The notes under the pieces were generated by a model. It had not been told where the DNA came from. It ran no database searches and saw nothing but the letters and a program-made list of their open reading frames with translations. The position numbers and the translations under genes were made by a program. From positions 2,040,001 to 2,072,000 of the forward strand of contig NC_013202.1 of assembly GCF_000023965.1 (NCBI RefSeq): 32,000 bases of DNA, read 5' to 3'. How positions within the stretch are numbered: the first letter of the stretch is position 1; each line of letters opens with the position of its first letter. This DNA is from Halomicrobium mukohataei DSM 12286 (GTDB lineage Archaea > Halobacteriota > Halobacteria > Halobacteriales > Haloarculaceae). Below are positions 14,140 through 22,271 of the stretch, piece by piece.

Positions 14140-15050
14140 CAAGATCCCGCCTCCCCAACGGCGAAAGTGCGGTTGTACGCCGTCGACGGGCTACGATACT
14201 TGTAATCGATGCCCGGATACAGAATTCGTTCACGGGTGCCTGCAAAGTTACCTGTATTGACTGAGCCACCGACGACGGCAATCTCGTATCCACCCTCGGC
14301 TCTGTTACCCTTTTCGAACTCGATAGTGTACGGGCCGTCTAGCGCATCAGTGAACGACGTGAACGTACAACTGGGGGGTGTCATGGCATCTTCGCCATCG
14401 ATCAAGTTCAGTTCGATATCGTCGGCATCCGACCGCCTACATGCTGTATTCGTCGATGTCGGCGTTTCGACGACGACATCAACATCGTCTGGGCCTGGCC
14501 CAGCTACTGGCACTCCCTCGAGCTTGAGTCTCCATTCGTCTCCCGCAGGGTTGCTGACGACGACTTGGAACGACGTTCCGCCAGTTTTGACGGAAGACTC
14601 GTTGAGCCAGAACTGTGACACGGTTTCCGCATCGGTGACCAAGTCCCAGCTGGGCCGCCTGGGACTCGTTTGTTTCCGGTACGGGTCATCCGACTGTGTC
14701 ATTACTGTTTCGTTGACCGACGCCGCCAGGTTGAGCGTGACGTTCGTGTACGTTGCCCCGCCTGCCGCCGTCATGTTCTCTGAGTAGTTCTGGTACGTCG
14801 AGACGTTCTCGCGTAGCGCCTCCTGATACTCCGATCGGTCTGTTCCGTTTCGGACTCTCATATCGAGCCCATAGAGGGCAGCCCGCGTCTCGGCTTCCGC
14901 CTGTGCTGCCTGGTCGATGGCGTCAGTCTGAGCGTTAGATCCTATGGTGTCGGTGTACTGGAGGTCATTCAGTTGGATTACGACGCCGACGATGACGACC
15001 GAAAAGAGGATTGCTCCGACGAGCAAGAGCTGGCCACGTTCGGCTACCAT
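14139..15050 (-). CDS. C2: class III signal peptide (pilin-like) protein
   Basis: 303 aa; MVAERG|QLLLVGAILFSVVIVGVVI. Collinear with C1 and keeps the conserved Cys pair (ACRRSD...PPSC). Overlaps the B2 end by 7 nt. Confidence 0.85.
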   Translation of the reverse strand: MVAERGQLLLVGAILFSVVIVGVVIQLNDLQYTDTIGSNAQTDAIDQAAQAEAETRAALYGLDMRVRNGTDRSEYQEALRENVSTYQNYSENMTAAGGATYTNVTLNLAASVNETVMTQSDDPYRKQTSPRRPSWDLVTDAETVSQFWLNESSVKTGGTSFQVVVSNPAGDEWRLKLEGVPVAGPGPDDVDVVVETPTSTNTACRRSDADDIELNLIDGEDAMTPPSCTFTSFTDALDGPYTIEFEKGNRAEGGYEIAVVGGSVNTGNFAGTRERILYPGIDYKYRSPSTAYNRTFAVGEAGS

Positions 15051-15622
15051 ACGACCAGTCGAACCTCCACGATGTTGTATAGTGGGGAGTCCTCGTCGAC
15101 ATCTGGGATCTTGAACGCTCCCTCACTAATCTCGTATCCTGCTGTCCCACAGCCGTTCCCGAACTGGATCGTCTGATCGTCGTAGAGAGTGATCCGCTGG
15201 GTCCCGACCGCGGTGGTCCGGCCGGGCGAAGCGAGCGCCTGGTTCTCACTGGTCGAGATCACCCGCTCTGTGCGATCGTCGACAGAGTCGTTCCAGTAGC
15301 TCAGATAGAGGTTGTAGTTTCGGTTTTGCCTATCGAAGGTGTGATTCAGCATCTTCTCAAAGCGAGCGTTCCTGTCGCTCTCGACCGTCCCGTCGACAAC
15401 TGATTTGTCTGCACCCCAACACCGAACGACTTCCGACAGCGCACCTGTTTCGGCACCTACGGTCAGCACGTCTTCGCTCTGGGTACTGAGTTGCTCCGAG
15501 ACTTGATCCTGTTGACTGTTCAACTGTCCCGTGTCGACTGCTTGGAGGCCGATCAACACAGCGATTACGACGATGATGGCACCGATTGTCCCTTCCAGCG
15601 TGTACGCCTGTCCCCGTTCCAT
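15044..15622 (-). CDS. B2: class III signal peptide (pilin-like) protein
   Basis: 192 aa; MERG|QAYTLEGTIGAIIVVIAVLIGL; ends IVEVRLVVW. Paralogue of B1. Confidence 0.85.
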   Translation of the reverse strand: MERGQAYTLEGTIGAIIVVIAVLIGLQAVDTGQLNSQQDQVSEQLSTQSEDVLTVGAETGALSEVVRCWGADKSVVDGTVESDRNARFEKMLNHTFDRQNRNYNLYLSYWNDSVDDRTERVISTSENQALASPGRTTAVGTQRITLYDDQTIQFGNGCGTAGYEISEGAFKIPDVDEDSPLYNIVEVRLVVW

Positions 15623-15624
15623 CG

Positions 15625-16170
15625 TTACCAGACCCTCACGACTAGCAGACAGTTGCTCGAACAGATTGTGCTCTCGTCTTCGAGGGTAACCACCCTCGCT
15701 GTACTGGCTGCCCCGTCCTGGTTCTTATAAGCTTCACCCCAAGTCAGTTCTCCGGATATTCCTGTGGCTGGTTTTCGAGAACCATCCGCAAGAGCGTCGC
15801 TGCCGACGACTGTGACGTTGATCGATAGATTGATGCGTCGGTCTGTGGCCACGTCTAGCCCAGCACCGGCTCGCAACCGGTCCAGAGAGTCGGTATCCCG
15901 GTTGAGTGATTGCTCGATCCCGTCAGACGAATCGTACCGCAAGATATTGTCTTTGTCTTCGACGCTGTAGTTCTCGACGACGTAGGAGGCGACTCGGTCC
16001 GCGGACTCTTGTACGTCTCCGCTGACCGGGCGGTCGTACGTCGTTACGACGCTGTTCTGTATGAAAACGAAGGTCGCAATGATCGTCAGCAACAGAACCG
16101 CAACCCCAACCGCAAAGTCCTGCGGTGTCTGTCCACGGTCGTTCGTCGGCTTGTCTTTCCGTACTGTCAA
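15625..16170 (-). CDS. A2: class III signal peptide (pilin-like) protein (start uncertain: TTG 16170 or ATG 16314)
   Basis: ...KPTNDRG|QTPQDFAVGVAVLLLTIIATFVFI; ends CLLVVRVW. The ORF runs up to the ATG at 16314, but that adds 48 basic residues with no counterpart in A1. A TTG at 16170, preceded by GGGGGGAG, gives 181 aa, matching A1 (180 aa). Confidence 0.7.
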   Translation of the reverse strand: MTVRKDKPTNDRGQTPQDFAVGVAVLLLTIIATFVFIQNSVVTTYDRPVSGDVQESADRVASYVVENYSVEDKDNILRYDSSDGIEQSLNRDTDSLDRLRAGAGLDVATDRRINLSINVTVVGSDALADGSRKPATGISGELTWGEAYKNQDGAASTARVVTLEDESTICSSNCLLVVRVW

Positions 16171-16478
16171 TCTTACTCCCCCCACAAATGCGAGCGGATG
16201 GCTGATCCGCCGTCGTACCGCTCGCTTCGTAGCTGCCCCCCGTCGCAGTTCTGCTGGCTGCTGAACTCTCTCAACAACTGTCCGCAACTTCTGCACAGCG
16301 TCCCGAGCCAGCATTGTACTCTCGACATATTCTATCCACGACGGGGCCTGTTGTCACGCACCCAGAAGATGCGTTCGAGTTGATTCAAAATTTGCCCGTC
16401 GGATTATTAGTGTTTTGTTACCATAGCGATGTGAAAGGGAACTGCTCGTGTTGAATCTACGATTCGTGAGGTCTGGTG

Positions 16479-18518
16479 CTATCCGACCGCGATCCAGGTG
16501 ATGAGCGCGATCGTCGGGAGGATCACCGCGAACTTCACTCCCGAGATGATGTTCACGTCCCGGATGTACCCCGCGATGAACGACGAGAGGAGCGCCTGCA
16601 GCGTGACGGCGTGGAAGAACAGCAACGAGAGCAGGTCCGTGTCGACGTTGCCGCCGAAGCTCTGCCCGGTCGCGCCACTTCCCCCCGCACCGGCCGCGCT
16701 CTCGGACAGTCCCGCCATCACGTCGAGGAACTGAGTCTTCAGCAGTGCCATCACGCCGAGCAGCGTCAGGTACGTCATGAGGATGATGACGACCTGCATT
16801 CGGGTCCGGGCGATCCGCTCGCGGTCGATGTCGTCCTGATTCTCCGAGGCCTGTGCCGCCGTCGAGAGCACGTTCTGGATCTGGCTGGACGCTTCCTGTG
16901 CCTCGCTGATGAGCTTGACCGTCCGGGCGAGTCGCGGGACGTGGTACTTGTTGTTGAACTCCCTGAGGGCGTCTTTGAGGCTGGTGCCGTAGTTGACCTT
17001 CGCGTGCATGATCTCGAACTCCTCCGAGAGCTTGCCTCCCGATGTCGTCGAGACCACCTGTACGGACTCCAGCAGCGTCATGCCCGTGTCGTTCGCGCTG
17101 GCGAGTTTCCTGAGGTTCTCCGAGAGACTGCCGATGATCGTCTTGCGCGAGCGGACGTTCCACTCGTAGAAGATCGCTAGCGGGAGCAGGTTGATGTACA
17201 GTGGCACGTACACCCAGAAGAACGTCCCGAGCACTGGTCGAGCGATCATCCCGTCGAGGCTCATCGGTGCGAGATCGAACACGACGACCAGCAGCAACGC
17301 GACGATCGTCACGGGGACCGTCACGCCGAGCACGAACAGCGGGTGATCGCGGAAGAACAGGTCCGGGCGCTTGAGCACCTGCATGAACTCGTAGGTCCCT
17401 TCGCGGCTCTTGATGCGGTCGAAGATCGTGTACTGGCCGGTGTAGTTCTCGACCAGTCCGAGGTTCAGAAAGCCCAGCCCGTCGTCGACGACGAAGTCGT
17501 CGTCCTTGCCGTCGGGCCGCAAGTAGCCGTCGCCGACCTCGTCTCGGGTCACCGTCGAGACGAGCACGAGGAAGCCGGCACCGGTCAGCGGGATCAGCCC
17601 GTAGACCGTGCCATAGAGGAGCCGGTTCTGCGCGTCGCCCATCATCGACATGATGACGAGGATGATGATGAGCAAGAGCGGAAACAGCGACAGGGTCATG
17701 TACATCTCCCCGAACAGTTCGAGGGTGTCGAGCATCTTCTGCTGTTCCTGCTTTGCGGTCCGCATGTGCTTGTCCTTCTGGTCTTCGAGGAAGGAGGTCA
17801 TGTCCCCGCCGGAGTTGATGATCGAGAGCATGTCGGTCAGGAACTGCGAGAGCTCGTCCGACGGCGTCTCGAGTGCCTGATTGCGGATCGCGGTCCGGTA
17901 GTCAGTATCGAAGTACTCCGTCTCCAAGACGATCGACTGGAACTCCTTGGCACACTCCCCGTAGGTGTCGTCGGCCTTGGCCATCGCCTGGAGAATCTCC
18001 AACTGGTTGAGCCCCCCGACCGACAGCGCGTACATGAACGAGATCGAGTCCGACAGCAGGACGTTCACCTCCCGCTCGCGTGCGTTGGCCCGGAAGTACG
18101 GGATCGAGACCAGCGATCCGAAGCCGATACCGAAGCCGATGACACCGAACACCAGCCCGGTGACCAGGATCAGCGCCGGGATCTTGATCACGTCGAGCGC
18201 GGCCGAGACCCCCTCTGGCAGTGGGATCCCGATGAACGTCGGTGCCTCGGCTCCAGTGCCGCCCAGCAGGAAGGTGACGCCGAGGTAGCCGATCAGCGTG
18301 CCCACGAGCCACAGCGCCAGTCCCGAGATGACGCCGATCGCCAGCGCGCGTGCGAGGAACATCTCGACGTTGTCGGCCATCCGGGCCTGTGCGAGCTTCT
18401 TCTCGACGTTCCTGACGAAGTCGCCGTCCTCGTTGAACAGCCACTGGAAGAGGGGATAGAACGTGTCCCCGAGCGCGCCACCCGAGAGCTGTCGCTGGCC
18501 GCGCGTGTCGAGGCTCAT
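16479..18518 (-). CDS. pilC: type IV pilus/archaellum-family membrane platform protein (PilC/TadC/FlaJ-like, T2SS protein F family)
   Basis: ORF 16479..19040 trimmed to the ATG at 18518, which overlaps the pilB stop (ATGA). 679 aa, polytopic, with two large cytoplasmic helical domains separated by TM clusters, as in FlaJ/TadC-type proteins. Immediately downstream of the ATPase gene. Confidence 0.85.
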   Translation of the reverse strand: MSLDTRGQRQLSGGALGDTFYPLFQWLFNEDGDFVRNVEKKLAQARMADNVEMFLARALAIGVISGLALWLVGTLIGYLGVTFLLGGTGAEAPTFIGIPLPEGVSAALDVIKIPALILVTGLVFGVIGFGIGFGSLVSIPYFRANAREREVNVLLSDSISFMYALSVGGLNQLEILQAMAKADDTYGECAKEFQSIVLETEYFDTDYRTAIRNQALETPSDELSQFLTDMLSIINSGGDMTSFLEDQKDKHMRTAKQEQQKMLDTLELFGEMYMTLSLFPLLLIIILVIMSMMGDAQNRLLYGTVYGLIPLTGAGFLVLVSTVTRDEVGDGYLRPDGKDDDFVVDDGLGFLNLGLVENYTGQYTIFDRIKSREGTYEFMQVLKRPDLFFRDHPLFVLGVTVPVTIVALLLVVVFDLAPMSLDGMIARPVLGTFFWVYVPLYINLLPLAIFYEWNVRSRKTIIGSLSENLRKLASANDTGMTLLESVQVVSTTSGGKLSEEFEIMHAKVNYGTSLKDALREFNNKYHVPRLARTVKLISEAQEASSQIQNVLSTAAQASENQDDIDRERIARTRMQVVIILMTYLTLLGVMALLKTQFLDVMAGLSESAAGAGGSGATGQSFGGNVDTDLLSLLFFHAVTLQALLSSFIAGYIRDVNIISGVKFAVILPTIALITWIAVG

Positions 18519-21010
18519 TCGCCTTCGGCCTCCGCGCCGGCTTTGGGTACGAACTCTCCGAAGTCCACCTCCTCGTCGTCCGTCTGCTCGGTGCCCTCGT
18601 CGCCGCTCATCAGCGCCGAGACGATGTCCGGCGTCTCGCGCTCCTGGAACTTCTCGAACAGCGGGCCGGCGTTGTCGAGGATGTCGGCGGTCTCGTCGAG
18701 CATCTCCGGCGGTGCCTCGGGTCTGGGGACCATCTCCTCTTTGGCCTCGTCGATGTCGATCTTGACCGACTCCATCTCTCGGAGGTCCTCCAGCGAACTC
18801 TCCAGGTCGTCGTTGGCGATCAGCGTGAGGATCGTTCCGGGATCGTTGATGAACGCCTGGATCGTCGCCGCCACCTGCGTGTACGTGTTGAGCCCGTTCT
18901 CGATGAGGTGTGCCAGTACGACCTTGCGCTTGAACAGCTCCTCGTCGAGTTTCTCCTGGGTCCACCCGCGGTCGAACTTGATCTCTTCGAGGGTGTTGGA
19001 GTTGCCCATCTGGATGTACTCGTCGGTCTCGGCGCGCCACTCGTAGACGTCTCGGACGTTGATTTCGTCGTTCTCGGCGGAGTACTCGTTGATCTCGGTC
19101 AGGGTCTTGTTTCGGCGGACCTTGCTGCCGTCGACGCGGGTCTGGGTCTGGATCGAAACGAGGTCGAGGGCGGTAAACAGCGTCTTCGAGACGTTGATCG
19201 GATCGGTGGTGAACCGCTTGATGACCTCGCCGACGGAGTCGGCGTGGAAGGTGGTGTAGGTGGTGTGACCGGTCGACATGACCTGAAAGAGCACGCGCCC
19301 TTCCTCGCCGCGGATCTCGCCCATGACGATGTAGTCCGGGCGCTGGCGGAGCGCGGCTTCCAGCAGGTCGAACTCGTCGACGTCGCCCTTGTCGTCGTCG
19401 CCGAACGAGGGCCGGGTGACGCTGGCGACCCAGTTGCGCTGGGGCAGTTCGACCTCGCGGGTGTCCTCGATGGAGACGATCTTCGAGTTCGACGGGATGA
19501 AAAGCGAGACGGCGTTCAGGCTGGTCGTCTTCCCCGACGCGGTCCCGCCAGCGAAGATGAGGCTCTTGTTGTTCTCGATACAGAGCCAGAGAAACGCCAT
19601 CTCGTCGAGCGAGAAGGTGTTCCAGTTGATGAGGTCGATCGGCGTGAAGGGAACGTCCTTGAACTGCCGGATCGTGTAGTTCGTCCCGTGGTCCGACACT
19701 TCTCGACCGAGCGTCAGTTGCGCGCGCGAGCCGTCCGGCAGGGTCGCGTCGACCTGTGGCTGGCGCTTCGAGATGCCCTTGCCAGAGCGCTGGGCGAGCT
19801 TGACGACGAAGTCGTCGAGGCTCTCTCGACCGTGCTCGACGTTCGAGATGATCTGTTCGTAGTCGGTGTGGTAGACGAACACGCGCGAGTTGTAGCCGTC
19901 ACAGGAGATGTCCTCGACGTTGATGTCGTGTTTCACCGGGTCGATCTTCTGGTAGCCGATGAAGTCCCGCTTGAGGACGTACAGCAGCTTCTCGACCTGG
20001 TACTCGGAGAGTTGCTCGGGGTCGTCTTCGAGGACGGCCGGCTCGGGCCGGGCACTGATGCCGTCGAGCTGGCCGGTCCCGACTGCCTGGGCTTCGACCT
20101 CCATGCCCAGGAACTCTTTGAACTGATCGAGCACTCCGGGTTCGGCGCTACCCACGGGGCCGCTGTACAGATCGTAGCGGTTCAGCAGCTGCTCGGCTTC
20201 CCGCTGGATCACGTCGGCCCGGTCGGCCTCCGACCCCTGTACGATCACGTCGTCCTCGGAGTACTTGATCGCGGTCTTCAGCTTGTTCGAGAGGAATCCC
20301 TTGAGATCGTCCTCGATCTCGTTGTGGTAGGGCTCGACGACGTAGTACTTCTTCTCGTTTTCCTTCCGAGAGTGGAAGATGATCACGCAGGCGTAGGGTT
20401 TGTTGACCCAGTAGCGCTCGATCTCCGTGAAGTGCGTCTTCTTCTTCAGCGGGACGGCCTTCTCCAGATCGTAGCGGTTGACGACGGTCGTGTGACCGTC
20501 CTGTGTCGAGAAGAAGGCGTCTTCGTCCAGTTCCGGATTGACGTCGACGGTTCGCTGCTCGACGAGGTTGTCGAGTAGCTCTGCGGCCCCGTCGGCCGCC
20601 GACAGTTCGCTCTCGACTTCCTCGGGCTCGAAGCCCAGATACTCGGCGGGGTCGAACGGGATCTTCTCGCCGTCGCCGTCCGTCGGCGGCGTACTGTCTT
20701 CCTCGTAGTAGTACTCTTGCTTGAAGTGTTCCCACGTGTAGACCCCTTTCGCGACCGGCGTCGCCGCCGGATCGACGTAGGCGTCGAAGGGCTGTTTCAG
20801 CGTCTTGGCGTTGCTCGCGGCATCTGTCAGTACCGATTCGATGTCGTTCGGGTCGAAGCCCAGATACTGGCTTCGATCGAACCGACCCCCGCTGTGGTGG
20901 TCCCGCCGAAGATCTTCCCAGGTGTACTCACCGACGATGGCCGGCGGATCCTCGGTCACCTCCCCCCGAGTGACCTCGGACCGGCTCTCCCCCGTGTCAT
21001 CAATTGCCAT
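18515..21010 (-). CDS. pilB: type II/IV secretion system family ATPase (PilB/FlaI/VirB11-like) with long acidic N-terminal extension
   Basis: 831 aa. Walker A FAGGTASGKTTSLNA; Walker B-like RPDYIVMGEIRGEE; His-box GHTTYTTFHADS. The ~300-aa N-terminal extension contains a duplicated YTWE...YLGF[DE]P...ES motif. Confidence 0.9.
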   Translation of the reverse strand: MAIDDTGESRSEVTRGEVTEDPPAIVGEYTWEDLRRDHHSGGRFDRSQYLGFDPNDIESVLTDAASNAKTLKQPFDAYVDPAATPVAKGVYTWEHFKQEYYYEEDSTPPTDGDGEKIPFDPAEYLGFEPEEVESELSAADGAAELLDNLVEQRTVDVNPELDEDAFFSTQDGHTTVVNRYDLEKAVPLKKKTHFTEIERYWVNKPYACVIIFHSRKENEKKYYVVEPYHNEIEDDLKGFLSNKLKTAIKYSEDDVIVQGSEADRADVIQREAEQLLNRYDLYSGPVGSAEPGVLDQFKEFLGMEVEAQAVGTGQLDGISARPEPAVLEDDPEQLSEYQVEKLLYVLKRDFIGYQKIDPVKHDINVEDISCDGYNSRVFVYHTDYEQIISNVEHGRESLDDFVVKLAQRSGKGISKRQPQVDATLPDGSRAQLTLGREVSDHGTNYTIRQFKDVPFTPIDLINWNTFSLDEMAFLWLCIENNKSLIFAGGTASGKTTSLNAVSLFIPSNSKIVSIEDTREVELPQRNWVASVTRPSFGDDDKGDVDEFDLLEAALRQRPDYIVMGEIRGEEGRVLFQVMSTGHTTYTTFHADSVGEVIKRFTTDPINVSKTLFTALDLVSIQTQTRVDGSKVRRNKTLTEINEYSAENDEINVRDVYEWRAETDEYIQMGNSNTLEEIKFDRGWTQEKLDEELFKRKVVLAHLIENGLNTYTQVAATIQAFINDPGTILTLIANDDLESSLEDLREMESVKIDIDEAKEEMVPRPEAPPEMLDETADILDNAGPLFEKFQERETPDIVSALMSGDEGTEQTDDEEVDFGEFVPKAGAEAEGE

Positions 21011-21034
21011 TGTGTTTTCTCTGCCCCTACCGGT

Positions 21035-21046
21035 GAAAAAGCTTTA
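21035..21046 (-). promoter_or_regulatory. AT-rich TATA-like block (TAAAGCTTTTTC on the minus strand) upstream of pilB
   Basis: The only AT-rich block in the 109-nt gap between the aminotransferase stop and the pilB ATG, 25-36 nt upstream of the ATG at 21010. Confidence 0.4.
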
Positions 21047-21119
21047 CGCCATCGATGGTGGTCGCTGATACTCGGCCCGCCGTCGCCACCGCGATGCCGG
21101 TGGCTCGATCGCGGGAGCG

Positions 21120-22271
21120 CTACTGGTCGGCGAGGAACGACTCGATTCGGTCCATCGCCGTCTTCAGGTCCGACATCCCGGTCGCGTACGACACTCGGAG
21201 GTGGCCGTCCCCGCCCACGCCGAAGGCAGAGCCCGGCACGACGGCGACCCGTTCGGCTTCGAGCAACGCCTCGGCGAACGCGTCGGCGTCGTCCCAGGGA
21301 CACTCCGGGAACGCGTAGAACGCGCCCTTGGCGGTAAAGCAGTCCAGCCCCATCTCGTCGAACCGCGAGAGGACGAGCTGTCGACGGCGGTCGTACTGCT
21401 CGCGCATCTCTCGGAGTTCGCTCTCGCAGTTGTCCAGCGCCTCGATCGCCGCGTACTGGGGCGTCGTCGGGGCCGACAGCATCGTGTACTGGTGGATCCG
21501 GTTCATCGCTGTGATCGCCTCGGGCGGGGCCAGCGCGTATCCGAGGCGCAGGCCGGTCATCGCGTACGCCTTCGAGAAGCCGTTGAAGACGACGGTCCGC
21601 TCGCGCATCCCCGGGAGGGTGGCGATCGACGTGTGATCGTGCTCGTAGGACAGCTCCGAGTAGATCTCGTCGGCGAACACGAGCAGGTCGTGCTCTCGGG
21701 CGAACTCGGCGACCGGGCGCAGCTCCGCCTCCGTCATCGTCGCCCCGGTCGGGTTGTTCGGGTAACAGAAGATCAGCGCGTCCGCCTCGGCCGCGCCGCT
21801 GTCTTCCAGGACCTCCCGGGTGAGCTTGAAGTCGTCCGCGACGCGCGTGGGCACGTCGATCACGTCGGCCCCGGCGAAGGTGACGCCCGGTTTGTAGGAG
21901 ACGTAGCAGGGCTGGGCCACGGCGACCTTGTCGCCGGGGTTCAGCAGTGCGCGAAAGGCCAGGTCGACGCCCTCGCTGGCCCCGGTCGTCACGAGGACCT
22001 CCTCGTCGGGATCGTAGTCGAGGTCGTACCGCTCGGCCACGTCGTCGGCGATTCGCTCGCGCAGCTCTCGCTTGCCGCGGTTGGCGGTGTAGGAGGTCTT
22101 GCCCTGTTCGAGCGAGGCGATCGCCGCCTCGCGCGCGCTCCACGGGGTCGAGAAGTCCGGCTCGCCGACGCCGAGCGAGATGATGTCGTCCATCTCTTCG
22201 GCCAGCTCGAAGAACCGCCGGATTCCGGAAGGGGGCACTTGATCGACGCGGTCGGCTGGTTCGAACGTCAT
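21120..22271 (-). CDS. pyridoxal-phosphate-dependent aminotransferase, class I/II (aspartate aminotransferase-like)
   Basis: 383 aa. PLP-lysine motif FNGFSKAYAMTGLRLGY; NPTGA motif (YPNNPTGATMT). The start overlaps the Lrp stop (ATGA). Confidence 0.85.
   Translation of the reverse strand: MTFEPADRVDQVPPSGIRRFFELAEEMDDIISLGVGEPDFSTPWSAREAAIASLEQGKTSYTANRGKRELRERIADDVAERYDLDYDPDEEVLVTTGASEGVDLAFRALLNPGDKVAVAQPCYVSYKPGVTFAGADVIDVPTRVADDFKLTREVLEDSGAAEADALIFCYPNNPTGATMTEAELRPVAEFAREHDLLVFADEIYSELSYEHDHTSIATLPGMRERTVVFNGFSKAYAMTGLRLGYALAPPEAITAMNRIHQYTMLSAPTTPQYAAIEALDNCESELREMREQYDRRRQLVLSRFDEMGLDCFTAKGAFYAFPECPWDDADAFAEALLEAERVAVVPGSAFGVGGDGHLRVSYATGMSDLKTAMDRIESFLADQ

Noticed and set aside
16384-16405. 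TTCAAAATTTGCCCGTCGGA as a possible far-end att copy of the tRNA 3' end
   Set aside because: It shares only TCAAA and CCCGTCG with the fragment at 8351-8367 and needs gaps. That is too weak to separate from chance without a statistical alignment.
8376-16478. Integrative provirus, plasmid or IS-bounded transposon as the explanation for the low-GC block
   Set aside because: I saw no integrase, transposase, replication or capsid-like ORFs, and no terminal inverted repeats. Every sizeable ORF belongs to the prepilin-like cassette. The tRNA scars keep an old integrase-mediated event possible, but it is not demonstrable here.
16354-17163. 269-aa minus-strand and 234-aa plus-strand ORFs overlapping pilC, plus similar ORFs at 17343..19046, 18908..20578, 20956..22143, 21201..22349, 25666..26655, 6529..7455, 1181..2464 and 2491..3468
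   Set aside because: They are alternative-frame or antisense ORFs within recognisable genes, with Arg/Asp/His-rich compositions and no motifs.
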